From IMG/VR virus record IMGVR_UViG_2778261545_000002: a DNA stretch of 35,041 bases; one strand, 5' to 3'. The position numbers were made by a program, and so were the translations under genes. The notes under the pieces were generated by a model. The model worked only from the letters and a program-made list of their open reading frames with translations, did not search any database and had not been told where the DNA came from. The DNA comes from a virus. Taxonomy: Duplodnaviria; Heunggongvirae; Uroviricota; Caudoviricetes. This document shows positions 17,834 to 28,268 of the stretch, one piece after another. The number at the start of each line of letters is the position of its first letter. The stretch's first letter is position 1.

Positions 17834-18331
17834 TTAAGCCGGTACGCCGCCAGCGGTACGCCAGACGGTGACCAGTTTTTCCAGTGAATGCTCACGCTGA
17901 CCGTAACCGGCACCCGGCAGGGACGCCCAGATATTGCGACAGCGTGAAATGGCGCGCTCAATGCGTCCCGCCCGGATGTCATCCAGCGCACCGCGTTCGC
18001 GGATCAACTGAATGGCGAGTCTGTCCTGTGACAACGGACTGAAATCCGGCAGGGCAAGCTGTTTGCGGTAATGCGGCCAGAACAGGTAAAGCTGCTGATA
18101 GCGACCGGAGGCCGTGGATTTTTCACCGCGACGGTTAAACACCTTCGCCGGTCGGCCATGCGCGAACGGGTGGTCACTGTAGTCGGTGAAAATTTCCGGC
18201 TTCCCGTCCAGTCCGGTGACTATCACGTCATAGCCACGGTTTTTCGTCAGCGGATGGTTCGCCGTCCCTTCGGACACGGCCAGCATGTCGAGAAAGGCGG
18301 CGATATTCTGATGCGTGTTAATTACCGGCAT
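17834..18331 (-). CDS. K: Endolysin K (165 aa)
   Basis: MPVINTHQNIAAFLDMLAVSEGT... matches P2 gpK in sequence and length. Confidence 0.85.
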   Translation of the reverse strand: MPVINTHQNIAAFLDMLAVSEGTANHPLTKNRGYDVIVTGLDGKPEIFTDYSDHPFAHGRPAKVFNRRGEKSTASGRYQQLYLFWPHYRKQLALPDFSPLSQDRLAIQLIRERGALDDIRAGRIERAISRCRNIWASLPGAGYGQREHSLEKLVTVWRTAGGVPA

Positions 18332-18612
18332 TACGGTTTCCCCCTGCCCTTAAAGCGGCGCTGAATGGCAATCTCAATCACCTGATAACCGGCGATACCC
18401 AGCATGGAGCCGATGCCGCACACCGCAGGCAATGACAGGTCAGGAAACTGCACCAGAACAACACCGGCAACCATCGAGACAAAACCACCGAGCAACATGC
18501 GCCCGATAAACAGACGCGGGGTGATGGGTTCACCACCGGCAAGCACCTTGCCGACAACAATCAGCACCCCAATCATGAAAAGCGACAGGACGCTTTTTTC
18601 TTCTGCTGTCAT
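18331..18612 (-). CDS. Y: Holin Y (93 aa)
   Basis: Small protein with transmembrane segments and a charged C-terminus; length and position as P2 gpY. Confidence 0.82.
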   Translation of the reverse strand: MTAEEKSVLSLFMIGVLIVVGKVLAGGEPITPRLFIGRMLLGGFVSMVAGVVLVQFPDLSLPAVCGIGSMLGIAGYQVIEIAIQRRFKGRGKP

Positions 18613-18615
18613 GCG

Positions 18616-18819
18616 TTACTCCCACAGATTGACAGTTTCAGCCACGGGCGCGGTCTGAACGTCGGGCAGTTCGACGGCGGTGCCGTGCGGCAGCACCGCG
18701 CCCAGTTCAGCCAGTCCCGGATTTGCGGCGAGCACGGCTTCGACCACGCCCTCAGTGCGCCCGTAATACCGGACACAAATGGCGTCGAGCGTGTCGCCCT
18801 GTAGCGCAAAGGTCTTCAT
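18616..18819 (-). CDS. X: Tail protein X (67 aa, LysM-like)
   Basis: MKTFALQGDTLDAICVRYYGRTEGVVEAVLAANPGLAELGAVLPHGTAVELPD... matches P2 gpX; track ORF trimmed to the internal Met. Confidence 0.82.
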   Translation of the reverse strand: MKTFALQGDTLDAICVRYYGRTEGVVEAVLAANPGLAELGAVLPHGTAVELPDVQTAPVAETVNLWE

Positions 18820-19328
18820 CAGATTTGACTCACGATGCAGCGTGGCTTGTCCTGGATGCGCGCCACTGCCCAGCGCATATCCCGCCACAGCTCATCAATG
18901 GTGCTGTCAATGCTGTCGGCCTTCTTGTCGCCTTTCGCACTGGCATCCACGCCGCGATAACGCTCATAAAGCGACGCGGTCGCCATCGCACACACGGCGC
19001 GCTCGTAGTAAAAAACTTTGATGCTTTCACCGTCGATGTCGTCCGCCGGGACGTCAGCCAGACGCGTAAAACCGGCGGCAATTTTCTGTTCGCGGTACTC
19101 GTACAGCTCCGCATTCGTTTCAGCCATGCCTGACTTGATGGCCTCACGCAGACGGGTAGGGGCGACGGTCTGCTCAAGGCGCATACGTTCCCGGACGCGC
19201 TTCGGGTCGATATCGGGAAAAAAGAACGTGTTTTTAATCACCGGCTCGTCGCCTGCCGGTTGCGGGATGACCACCGTACCCTCACCGGACACGGGAGCCT
19301 CCTTTCGCGGAATAATCAGCGTCATCAT
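18819..19328 (-). CDS. L: Head completion protein L (169 aa)
   Basis: Begins MMTLIIPRKEAPVSGEG... after trimming the track ORF; length as P2 gpL. Confidence 0.82.
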   Translation of the reverse strand: MMTLIIPRKEAPVSGEGTVVIPQPAGDEPVIKNTFFFPDIDPKRVRERMRLEQTVAPTRLREAIKSGMAETNAELYEYREQKIAAGFTRLADVPADDIDGESIKVFYYERAVCAMATASLYERYRGVDASAKGDKKADSIDSTIDELWRDMRWAVARIQDKPRCIVSQI

Positions 19329-19427
19329 GACTACCTCTGAAAAGTCGGGCGGTGGACGCCGGTACAGTGTCAGGTGATTCACCCTCACTGACCGGCGTGC
19401 CGCCCTGGCGCGGGGCGCATTCGGTTG

Positions 19428-20171
19428 TTAACTGGCTTTCTTTTTCGGGCGTCCACGTTTTGCCGGTGTCGCGCTCCTGGTCTTACGCGGGGCGCAGGTG
19501 GCCGCTTTTGGCTGTGGCTCCGGCTTCGGTTTCAGCTCCCGCTCCAGTCGTTCAATCTCTTTTTTGACGCCTGCCTGACAGTCGAGCTGTGTCGCACGTT
19601 GCAGGTGCGCCAGCGCCCCTGCGGCATCACCAGCGTCACGCAGAAACAGACCGGTGATTTTGTGCAGCTTTGCGCGCACTTCATCAGGCATGTCAGCCGT
19701 GGCGGTCAGTTCGAGGGTGTCCGTCAGCAGGCGGGGATCCACAGACTCACCGGCAGCGTGGGCGCGCATGGCCGCGAGCGCCACCTCCTCGGTGAACATG
19801 TACGGCGGGGTGCGACGGTGTTTACCCGGCATGGTCAGACCGTACTTCAGGGCATAACGGGCAATCTCCAGCGCACCGGCAATATCGCCGGTATCCAGAC
19901 GCCACAGCATGACCGTCATCAGAATGTCATCCTGTGCACCTTTGCCCTGCTCCAGCACGCCGTTCACCCACGGCAACCAGAACGGCAGCAGTTCGCGTTT
20001 TTTCGCGGCCTTCAGCTCTTTTGAATAAATTGCTTTCAGTGTGCGCTGGTCTGCGGCCAGCTTGACCAGCATCTGCTCATAGACAGTTGCATGTCGCAGC
20101 GGGGCGGCTTCCCGCTGCGCGGTCATCGCTGCCGAGACCCGCATCATGTGGCGCTGTGCGGGACTCGTCAT
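19428..20171 (-). CDS. M: Terminase small (endonuclease) subunit M (247 aa)
   Basis: Length and synteny with P2 gpM; basic C-terminal tail. Confidence 0.82.
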   Translation of the reverse strand: MTSPAQRHMMRVSAAMTAQREAAPLRHATVYEQMLVKLAADQRTLKAIYSKELKAAKKRELLPFWLPWVNGVLEQGKGAQDDILMTVMLWRLDTGDIAGALEIARYALKYGLTMPGKHRRTPPYMFTEEVALAAMRAHAAGESVDPRLLTDTLELTATADMPDEVRAKLHKITGLFLRDAGDAAGALAHLQRATQLDCQAGVKKEIERLERELKPKPEPQPKAATCAPRKTRSATPAKRGRPKKKAS

Positions 20172-20174
20172 CGG

Positions 20175-21248
20175 TTACGCTCCCGGCTCTGCGGTCGCCT
20201 TAGCCGGTGTGGAAAAATCACCGACCTTAATTTTTTCCACCAGACAACCGGCGGCGTAGTCTTCCACCACGTAATCAATGTTCATTGACTCGTAGTTCTC
20301 CACGCGGTCGAGTTTCGGGTTTTCCACAATCACGCGGCGATGGCTGTCATCCATGTAGTAGATGGACAGGTTTTCCAGCTTTGTGATGAGCATCGCATCC
20401 GCCGGGAAGTACGGGACGCGTACCGCCGGCAGGTTACCGATGCGTTTCTGGCTGATGATGACGTCAGCGGCCAGCATTTCGCTGTTGTCCTGCTCCTTGT
20501 TGACGATGGGGAAATACTTGTCCGCCAGTAGCTGACGTCCCACAATCACCACCAGGTCAGGGTCTTCCTGATACCACGGCTCAATCAGGTTGTTGGTCGC
20601 ATCCATCACCAGTGCATCAAGGCTGGCATAATCACCGCCCTTACCCACGCGGATGACCTCAGAGGTCGTGTGACCTTCCTCGTCAGTGACCTTGCTCATC
20701 ACGCGCGCCGGGGCTTCATTGCGGTATTTCTGCAGCCAGCCGACCGCCACATCCTGCAGCATCGGATTACTGCTGCGGTCAGAGGTTTCGGCACGCTTCA
20801 CGCCGTTAAAACCGGCCATGATTAAATCAAGGGACTGGCGTTTAATAATGGCGTTACGGATACGGAGCTGGAAATCCTGATAACGCGCCCACAGGTCCAG
20901 CGTTTTGTAGCGGATATAAAAATCGAAGTTAATCTGGTCGCATTCGTACTTGTTGGACGCCAGCTTCGAGAAGTCCTTCGGCTGACGCTCGGTGCCACCG
21001 GCGGTGTCGGTGGTGCTGGCAATGGAGCCGGTGACACCGATACCAATTTTTTCCCCTTTCATTTCGCTGACCGGCACAATGTTGATGCGGGTCAGAAAGT
21101 CAGAGGACTCCTGCATGGTGTTCATCAGGGTCTGGGTGACCGACGGTTCAACGGTGAACTTTTTCGACACATCACCGGCGTCGATGCCGTTCAGTTCGGC
21201 AACACGGGACAGGTAGGCATTAAATTTAAAGCGGGTTTCCTGGCGCAT
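20175..21248 (-). CDS. N: Major capsid protein N (357 aa)
   Basis: Length and synteny with P2 gpN. Confidence 0.88.
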   Translation of the reverse strand: MRQETRFKFNAYLSRVAELNGIDAGDVSKKFTVEPSVTQTLMNTMQESSDFLTRINIVPVSEMKGEKIGIGVTGSIASTTDTAGGTERQPKDFSKLASNKYECDQINFDFYIRYKTLDLWARYQDFQLRIRNAIIKRQSLDLIMAGFNGVKRAETSDRSSNPMLQDVAVGWLQKYRNEAPARVMSKVTDEEGHTTSEVIRVGKGGDYASLDALVMDATNNLIEPWYQEDPDLVVIVGRQLLADKYFPIVNKEQDNSEMLAADVIISQKRIGNLPAVRVPYFPADAMLITKLENLSIYYMDDSHRRVIVENPKLDRVENYESMNIDYVVEDYAAGCLVEKIKVGDFSTPAKATAEPGA

Positions 21249-21306
21249 AGTTTTTCCTGAAATTAAGGGTTAATCGTGAAGGTTTTCCCGGACTGACTGA
21301 CGCCGG

Positions 21307-22161
21307 TCAGCAGTTCGTCATCAGGGCGTCACCGCCACCACCGGTGGCCTTGCTGCGGCGCTGCTGGGTCAGACTTTCGGTGTGGTCGAGACTGTTTTTC
21401 AGGCGGGTGAATGCCTGGCTGGTTTCATCCGCCCTGTCAGTCACCTCCTGCTTAAGTGCGGAAAAGGCGGTTTCCACCTCAGCGAGGCGCTGCTCAGTGG
21501 CGCTCAGTTTTTCCTGCACATGTTCAGCAACAGCGGTCACCGCTTCATGCACGTCATTCAGACGGGCGTCATCGCTGGCCTGTTTGCGGCCAAAAATGGA
21601 TTTCACCTTTTCGGTCAGGGCGGTGAACACGGTTTCAGGCAGGTCTTCAAATTCCAGCTCAACAGGCGTTGCCACTGAAATCAGGTTTTCAGGGCTTAAT
21701 TTGAAGCGATTCAGGGGGTTGTGTTTTGCCGTGCGGCAGAATTCCAGGTATTCCGTGCCGAGGCTTGCCGGGTCATCGGTGACGGCCAGCCCCACCAGAT
21801 AACATTTGCCGGTGTTGGCAAAGTTCGGCTGAATTTCCATTGAGGTGTAGACCTTCTGCGCGGCCTTGTTCATCGCGATAAGGTCATCGGTCGGGGTGAT
21901 TTTCGCAAACAGCGCCCATTTGCCTTTCAGCGCTGAATCATCGTCAATTTTTTCGGCCTTCAGTTCGGCCACATCGCCATAACGCTTAAAAATACCGTCA
22001 GGCAGGATGCCGCGCAGATGTTCCAGGTTAATGCGGCAACCATAGACTCTCGGGTCAAAGGTTTCGGCCATTTCCTGAATATCCTGCGCACTGATGACAC
22101 GCCCGTCACAGGTGTCACCCTCAACGCCGATACGAAAGAATTTTGAGACTTTTTTTGCCAT
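21307..22161 (-). CDS. O: Capsid scaffold protein O (284 aa)
   Basis: Begins MAKKVSKFFRIGVEGDTCDGRVISAQDIQEMAETF... after trimming the track ORF; length as P2 gpO. Confidence 0.85.
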   Translation of the reverse strand: MAKKVSKFFRIGVEGDTCDGRVISAQDIQEMAETFDPRVYGCRINLEHLRGILPDGIFKRYGDVAELKAEKIDDDSALKGKWALFAKITPTDDLIAMNKAAQKVYTSMEIQPNFANTGKCYLVGLAVTDDPASLGTEYLEFCRTAKHNPLNRFKLSPENLISVATPVELEFEDLPETVFTALTEKVKSIFGRKQASDDARLNDVHEAVTAVAEHVQEKLSATEQRLAEVETAFSALKQEVTDRADETSQAFTRLKNSLDHTESLTQQRRSKATGGGGDALMTNC

Positions 22162-22334
22162 TGTCAGGAGTCCTGAATAGTGATTAGAGGAGTCACATGT
22201 CGGCATCAGTTTCCCGACGATGCGCATCCTCCGCCATCAGTCCCGGATGGCTTATCACTGACACAACAGCACCTTAGCGAATCGCGGGGCGCGACTCAGT
22301 AGCCTTGCCGTGTATTCATCACGGCGAGGTATTC

Positions 22335-24107
22335 ATGACCATCACCACAGACACCACTCTTTTACACGACCCGCGTCGTCAGGCGGCGCTGCTGTACTGG
22401 CAGGGATTTTCCGTGCCGCAGATTGCCGCCATGTTGCAGATGAAACGCCCGACGGTGCAGAGCTGGAAACAGCGCGACGGCTGGGACAGCGTTGCCCCCA
22501 TCAGCCGTGTCGAAATGAGTCTGGAAGCGCGGCTGACCCAGCTCATCATCAAACCGCAGAAAACCGGCAGTGACTTCAAGGAAATTGACCTGCTGGGACG
22601 CCAGATTGAACGACTGGCACGGGTCAACCGCTACAGCCAGACCGGCAACGAGGCAGACCTTAATCCGAACGTCGCTAACCGCAACAAAGGCGGGCGTCGC
22701 AAACCGAAAAAGAATTTTTTCAGTGACGAGGCCATCGAAAAGCTGGAGCAGATTTTCTTTGAGCAGTCTTTCGAATATCAGTTGCACTGGTATCGCGCCG
22801 GGCTTGAGCACCGCATCCGCGATATCCTGAAATCCCGTCAGATTGGCGCGACGTTTTATTTTTCCCGCGAGGCGCTGCTGCGCGCCCTGAAAACCGGTCA
22901 TAACCAGATTTTTCTGTCGGCCAGTAAAACGCAGGCGTATGTGTTCCGCGAATACATCATTGCCTTTGCCCGGCTGGTTGACGTTGACCTGACCGGTGAC
23001 CCGATTGTCCTGGGCAATAACGGTGCAAAACTGATTTTTCTCGGCACCAACTCCAACACCGCACAGAGCCATAACGGCGACCTGTACGTCGATGAGATTT
23101 TCTGGATCCCGAATTTTCAGGTACTGCGTAAGGTGGCATCAGGTATGGCCTCACAGAGTCACCTGCGCTCGACCTATTTCTCCACCCCGTCCACGCTGGC
23201 GCACGACGCCTATCCGTTCTGGTCCGGTGAACTGTTTAACCGGGGACGCGCCAGCGCCGCTGAACGCGTGGAAATCGACGTCAGTCATAACGCACTTGCC
23301 GGAGGTCTTCTCTGTGCGGACGGCCAGTGGCGGCAGATTGTCACCATTGAGGACGCGCTGAAAGGCGGCTGCACGCTGTTCGACATTGAGCAGCTCAAAC
23401 GCGAAAACAGCGCCGACGATTTTAAAAACCTGTTCATGTGTGAATTTGTTGACGACAAGGCGTCAGTGTTCCCGTTCGAGGAGCTGCAACGCTGCATGGT
23501 CGACACGCTGGAAGAATGGGAAGACTACGCGCCGTTTGCCACCAATCCGTTCGGCTCCCGCCCGGTATGGATTGGTTACGACCCGTCACACCGTGGCGAC
23601 AGCGCCGGATGCGTGGTGCTGGCACCGCCGGTGGTGGCCGGTGGCAAATTCAGAATACTTGAGCGCCATCAGTGGAAAGGCATGGACTTTGCCACCCAGG
23701 CGGAATCCATCCGCAAACTCACCGAAAAATACAACGTCGAATACATCGGTATTGATGCCACCGGCCTCGGTGTCGGCGTGTTCCAGCTCGTGCGCTCGTT
23801 CTATCCCGCCGCGCGCGACATCCGCTACACGCCGGAAATGAAAACCGCAATGGTACTCAAGGCAAAAGACGTTATCCGCCGTGGCTGTCTGGAATATGAC
23901 GTCAGCGCCACCGACATCACCAGCTCGTTCATGGCTATCCGCAAGACCATGACCAGCAGCGGACGCAGCGCCACCTATGAGGCCAGCCGCAGCGAGGAAG
24001 CCAGCCACGCCGACCTCGCCTGGGCGACCATGCACGCCCTGTTAAATGAGCCACTCACCGCCGGTATCAGCACCCCGCTGACATCCACCATTCTGGAGTT
24101 TTACTGA
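22335..24107 (+). CDS. P: Terminase large (ATPase) subunit P (590 aa)
   Basis: Begins MTITTDTTLLHDPRRQAALLYWQGFSVPQIAAMLQ...; 590 aa from the internal Met; transcribed divergently from O as in P2. Confidence 0.88.
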   Translation: MTITTDTTLLHDPRRQAALLYWQGFSVPQIAAMLQMKRPTVQSWKQRDGWDSVAPISRVEMSLEARLTQLIIKPQKTGSDFKEIDLLGRQIERLARVNRYSQTGNEADLNPNVANRNKGGRRKPKKNFFSDEAIEKLEQIFFEQSFEYQLHWYRAGLEHRIRDILKSRQIGATFYFSREALLRALKTGHNQIFLSASKTQAYVFREYIIAFARLVDVDLTGDPIVLGNNGAKLIFLGTNSNTAQSHNGDLYVDEIFWIPNFQVLRKVASGMASQSHLRSTYFSTPSTLAHDAYPFWSGELFNRGRASAAERVEIDVSHNALAGGLLCADGQWRQIVTIEDALKGGCTLFDIEQLKRENSADDFKNLFMCEFVDDKASVFPFEELQRCMVDTLEEWEDYAPFATNPFGSRPVWIGYDPSHRGDSAGCVVLAPPVVAGGKFRILERHQWKGMDFATQAESIRKLTEKYNVEYIGIDATGLGVGVFQLVRSFYPAARDIRYTPEMKTAMVLKAKDVIRRGCLEYDVSATDITSSFMAIRKTMTSSGRSATYEASRSEEASHADLAWATMHALLNEPLTAGISTPLTSTILEFY

Positions 24108-25141
24108 TGAGCAAGAAAAAAGGGAAAACACCGCGACCTGCGGCAAAAACAATGACCGCCAGCGCCCCGAAAATGGAGGCATTCACCTTTGGTGAGCCGG
24201 TGCCGGTACTCGACCGCCGTGACATTCTGGATTACGTCGAGTGTATCAGTAACGGCAGATGGTATGAGCCACCGGTCAGCTTTACCGGTCTGGCAAAAAG
24301 CCTGCGTGCTGCCGTGCATCACAGCTCACCGATTTACGTCAAACGCAATATTCTGGCCTCGACATTTATCCCGCATCCGTGGCTTTCCCAGCAGGATTTC
24401 AGCCGCTTTGTGCTGGATTTTCTGGTGTTCGGTAATGCGTTTCTGGAAAAGCGTTACAGCACCACCGGTAAGGTCATCAGACTGGAAACCTCACCGGCAA
24501 AATATACCCGCCGTGGCGTGGAGGAGGATATTTACTGGTGGGTGCCGTCCTTCAACGAGCCGACAGCCTTCGCGCCCGGCTCCGTGTTTCATCTGCTGGA
24601 GCCGGATATTAATCAGGAGCTGTACGGCCTGCCGGAATATCTCAGCGCCCTTAACTCTGCCTGGCTGAATGAGTCGGCCACGCTGTTCCGCCGCAAGTAT
24701 TACGAAAACGGCGCGCATGCCGGATACATCATGTACGTCACCGATGCCGTGCAGGATCGCAACGATATCGAAATGCTTCGCGAAAACATGGTGAAGTCGA
24801 AAGGCCGCAATAACTTTAAAAATCTGTTTCTCTATGCCCCACAGGGGAAAGCCGACGGCATTAAAATTATCCCGCTCAGTGAAGTGGCAACGAAGGACGA
24901 TTTTTTTAATATCAAAAAAGCCAGCGCCGCTGACCTGCTGGACGCGCACCGCATCCCCTTTCAGTTGATGGGCGGCAAGCCGGAGAACGTCGGGTCGCTG
25001 GGTGATATTGAGAAAGTGGCAAAGGTCTTTGTCCGCAATGAGCTTATCCCGTTGCAGGACAGGATCCGCGAGATAAACGGCTGGCTCGGTCAGGAGGTCA
25101 TCCGCTTTAAAAACTACTCACTGGACACTGACAACGGCTGA
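24107..25141 (+). CDS. Q: Portal protein Q (344 aa)
   Basis: Length and synteny with P2 gpQ; start overlaps the P stop. Confidence 0.88.
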   Translation: MSKKKGKTPRPAAKTMTASAPKMEAFTFGEPVPVLDRRDILDYVECISNGRWYEPPVSFTGLAKSLRAAVHHSSPIYVKRNILASTFIPHPWLSQQDFSRFVLDFLVFGNAFLEKRYSTTGKVIRLETSPAKYTRRGVEEDIYWWVPSFNEPTAFAPGSVFHLLEPDINQELYGLPEYLSALNSAWLNESATLFRRKYYENGAHAGYIMYVTDAVQDRNDIEMLRENMVKSKGRNNFKNLFLYAPQGKADGIKIIPLSEVATKDDFFNIKKASAADLLDAHRIPFQLMGGKPENVGSLGDIEKVAKVFVRNELIPLQDRIREINGWLGQEVIRFKNYSLDTDNG

Positions 25142-25145
25142 ACAT

Positions 25146-25168
25146 CGCCGCCTGCGGGCGGCTTTTTT
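25146..25168 (+). terminator. Intrinsic terminator downstream of Q
   Basis: Stem GCCGCC / GGCGGC with loop TGCG, followed by T6 (25163..25168). Confidence 0.7.
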
Positions 25169-25311
25169 ACACCCCCGTCATCACGCCCTCACACGCTCAC
25201 CACCGCACAAAACAGCCCGCAGGCAAACCAACGCCCCGGCGCACACTCTAAACGCCATCACGACGCGCTCAGACGCTGAAAAAATAAAATCAGCACCACC
25301 GCCAGCGCGCA

Positions 25312-25330
25312 GTGCTTTCCCCGCCTCGCC
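25312..25330. other. cos site: P2-type 19-nt cohesive end
   Basis: GTGCTTTCCCCGCCTCGCC is the exact reverse complement of the remembered P2 cohesive end GGCGAGGCGGGGAAAGCAC; located downstream of Q as in P2. Confidence 0.8.
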
Positions 25331-25524
25331 CGCCCGCTTCATGAGGCGGTTTTGATGCACCTTAATAAAACTAATGAACCATCAGTTTTTCTAGTCAAAA
25401 GCCAAGCCATATCACAGTTTCCCTTAATGCAATCTCATGCACCCTTGAATGCAACGAGTATAAAATGTAAAAAAACGTTTCGTATGAACTCATTGCATAC
25501 AAATAGCACATTTAAGGAAAAATA

Positions 25525-27285
25525 ATGACTGTACGTCTTGCTTCAGTTTCAATTAGCAACTTTCGTTCTTGTAAGGCAACATCGGCTATTTTGCGCCCCT
25601 TTACTGCTTTAGTTGGTTATAATAACGCAGGAAAATCAAATATCATCTTAGCAATTAAGTGGCTGTTAGATGGCTCTTTGATTTCAGAATCAGATGTGTA
25701 CGATCCTACACACCCCGTATCCGTTGAAGGCGTTATTCAAGGTATAACAGATGATACTCTATCTTTGTTAACAGAAGAGAATCAACAAAAAATAGCTCCG
25801 TTTATAATTGACGGGACTCTTACCTTTGCAAGAAGACAGGAATTTAATAAGGAAACAGGAAAAGTCAAAAAAAGTCTGGATGTATATGATGGCACCACGT
25901 GGAAGAAAAACCCTGGCGGCATAGATGGTGCAATTTCCAATATATTTCCGGAACCAATTCATATCCCTGCAATGTCTGACGCCGTCGAAGACTCAACAAA
26001 ATGTAAAAATACGACCACAATAGGAAAGATACTTTCCGCAATTGTTTCTGAAATAAAGCAAGAGCACGAAGAGAAATTCTCAAAAAATATATCAGAAATA
26101 GGTAAATATCTTTCTCACAACGGTGAGAACAGATTAGAAAGCCTTAATAAAATAGACTCGGGTGTAAATAAAAAAGTAAACCAATTTTTTCCTGACGTAA
26201 GTGTAAAGTTACACTTTCCCACACCGACATTAGATGAAATATTTAAATCCGGAACCCTGAAAGTTTTTGAGTCTCGGGAAGATGAACCAGTAATGAGAGA
26301 TATCAGCCGATTTGGTCACGGAACACAACGTTCCATTCAAATGGCATTAATTCAATACCTGGCCGAAATAAAAAAAGAAAACAGCGAATCAAAAAAATCA
26401 AATACTTTAATTTTCATTGATGAACCTGAGTTATATTTACACCCTTCAGCTATTAATTCTGTCAGAGAATCACTTGTCACATTAAGTGAATCAGGGTATC
26501 AGGTTATAATATCAACTCACTCAGCCAGTATGCTTTCTGCAAAGCACGCAGCAAATGCGATTCAGGTTTGTAAGGATTCTAATGGAACCATAGCAAGGAA
26601 GACCATATCTGAAAAAATCGAAGAATTATATAAGTCTTCATCACCGCAATTGCACTCAGCATTCACACTATCAAATTCATCATATTTCTTATTTTCAGAA
26701 GAAGTTTTGCTTGTTGAAGGAAAAACAGAGACAAACGTCCTATATGCACTTTATAAAAAAATTAACGGACATGAACTCAACCCAAGTAAAATCTGCATTG
26801 TTGCCGTTGACGGTAAGGGTAGTTTATTTAAGATGTCACAAATCATCAATGCCATTGGTATAAGAACAAGAATTCTAGCTGATTGTGATTTCTTATCAAA
26901 CATCCTATTAACAGAGCATAAAGACTTACTTAGTACTGAATGTGATAATCTCTTGACTGCTTTGACTGAATCAATCAACTCAGGCGAGCTTAATTTAAAT
27001 ACAAAAGTCACTACTTTTGAGTCATTCAAAAGCATTTCAAGCAAAGACTTCATCAAAATATGTAATCATGAAAAAACACAAAAACATATACATGAAATCC
27101 ATCAAAAATTGAAAGATAATGGAATCTATATATGGAAATCCGGTGATATAGAAGCTGTTTATGGATTTGGTAAAAAACAAACTGAATGGGATAGTCTTTT
27201 AGATTGTTTATGTGATGAAAGCAAAGATGTTAGAGCAGTAATAAAAAAATATGATGAAATGGAAGATTTCATTAAATGGATTTAA
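25525..27285 (+). CDS. old: OLD-family ATPase/Toprim nuclease (P2 Old-like, 586 aa)
   Basis: Walker A GYNNAGKSN, Walker B-like LIFIDEPELYLHP, Toprim-like LVEGKTE and ADCDF motifs; AT-rich; RBS AAGGA upstream of the ATG; same length and position as P2 old. Confidence 0.8.
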   Translation: MTVRLASVSISNFRSCKATSAILRPFTALVGYNNAGKSNIILAIKWLLDGSLISESDVYDPTHPVSVEGVIQGITDDTLSLLTEENQQKIAPFIIDGTLTFARRQEFNKETGKVKKSLDVYDGTTWKKNPGGIDGAISNIFPEPIHIPAMSDAVEDSTKCKNTTTIGKILSAIVSEIKQEHEEKFSKNISEIGKYLSHNGENRLESLNKIDSGVNKKVNQFFPDVSVKLHFPTPTLDEIFKSGTLKVFESREDEPVMRDISRFGHGTQRSIQMALIQYLAEIKKENSESKKSNTLIFIDEPELYLHPSAINSVRESLVTLSESGYQVIISTHSASMLSAKHAANAIQVCKDSNGTIARKTISEKIEELYKSSSPQLHSAFTLSNSSYFLFSEEVLLVEGKTETNVLYALYKKINGHELNPSKICIVAVDGKGSLFKMSQIINAIGIRTRILADCDFLSNILLTEHKDLLSTECDNLLTALTESINSGELNLNTKVTTFESFKSISSKDFIKICNHEKTQKHIHEIHQKLKDNGIYIWKSGDIEAVYGFGKKQTEWDSLLDCLCDESKDVRAVIKKYDEMEDFIKWI

Positions 27286-27468
27286 TTTAATCTGATACGA
27301 TTACAGCGCAGTACTAAACCAATAGTGATAGGCTGTGCTGTTCCCAAAGATGGTGATCTCAAAATCAGAATGTGTTATAAATTAGCCAATCAAAAAACCT
27401 AAGCACACAAACAAATCAATCATTACGATTTACAATGATGAAAATATTATGATACAAAAGGAGTTGAT

Positions 27469-28230
27469 ATGAATAACATGGAGATTTTGAAAGCCGTAAA
27501 AGCTGGAATGAAAAAGTCAGCCAAAGCTACTTATTTAATGGATTTCAGTTCCGGTGGAAAAATAAACACTGAATATGTAGCTACCGTATCTATAGGTCAA
27601 TCCTTGATTAAAATAACATCTTTTCATCATGGTGATTACAAGATCATATTTGAATACCATACAAATAAATTCATTAATGCAACAGTCCCTTTATCGAAAC
27701 GGCATGACCCCAACAATATATTCTCAAGACACATTATCAGAAAAAATGCAAACACAAAAAGACCAGGCAGAATCGATATTGCCATATTGGACAGTAGATC
27801 ATTTTTCGAGACTCCTATATGTGCAATAGAAGTTAAAGGAAACAACCCTAGTAAAAAACTTTTATTTTCTGACATAAGAAGAAATCTTGAATACTTTAAA
27901 CACACAGGTCCTACGGGGAGTTCAAGCCTTGAACTAGCATTAAACTGTTTATTCCATTCATACAATGATTCAACTAAAAAAAATTACTGCACTACAATCC
28001 ACCATAAGGAAGACATGATAAGGAAATTAAAAAACAAATATAAAAAATACATATCTGAATTAAATAAAGAAATTCCAGATGATATATCTGTTACAATTGA
28101 TGTTTTTACAGCAGCAGAGCATTTACTATCTCCTGATGCTGACCAATATGAATACGAATCACATATAGATGACTTACATTTGACGCTTGGCGTTATGGTT
28201 ATATTCGAACGAAAATCGATACTCAATTGA
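27469..28230 (+). CDS. tin: Tin-like protein (253 aa), assigned by position; possible PD-(D/E)xK-like motif
   Basis: AT-rich ORF directly after old, where P2 carries tin; RBS AAAGGAG; GRIDIAILD...ICAIEVK resembles a D...E-x-K nuclease core, but this is a weak motif-level call. Confidence 0.5.
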   Translation: MNNMEILKAVKAGMKKSAKATYLMDFSSGGKINTEYVATVSIGQSLIKITSFHHGDYKIIFEYHTNKFINATVPLSKRHDPNNIFSRHIIRKNANTKRPGRIDIAILDSRSFFETPICAIEVKGNNPSKKLLFSDIRRNLEYFKHTGPTGSSSLELALNCLFHSYNDSTKKNYCTTIHHKEDMIRKLKNKYKKYISELNKEIPDDISVTIDVFTAAEHLLSPDADQYEYESHIDDLHLTLGVMVIFERKSILN

Positions 28231-28268
28231 TATTATTTGTGGCTTAGAATAATTTGCTTATTTACAAT

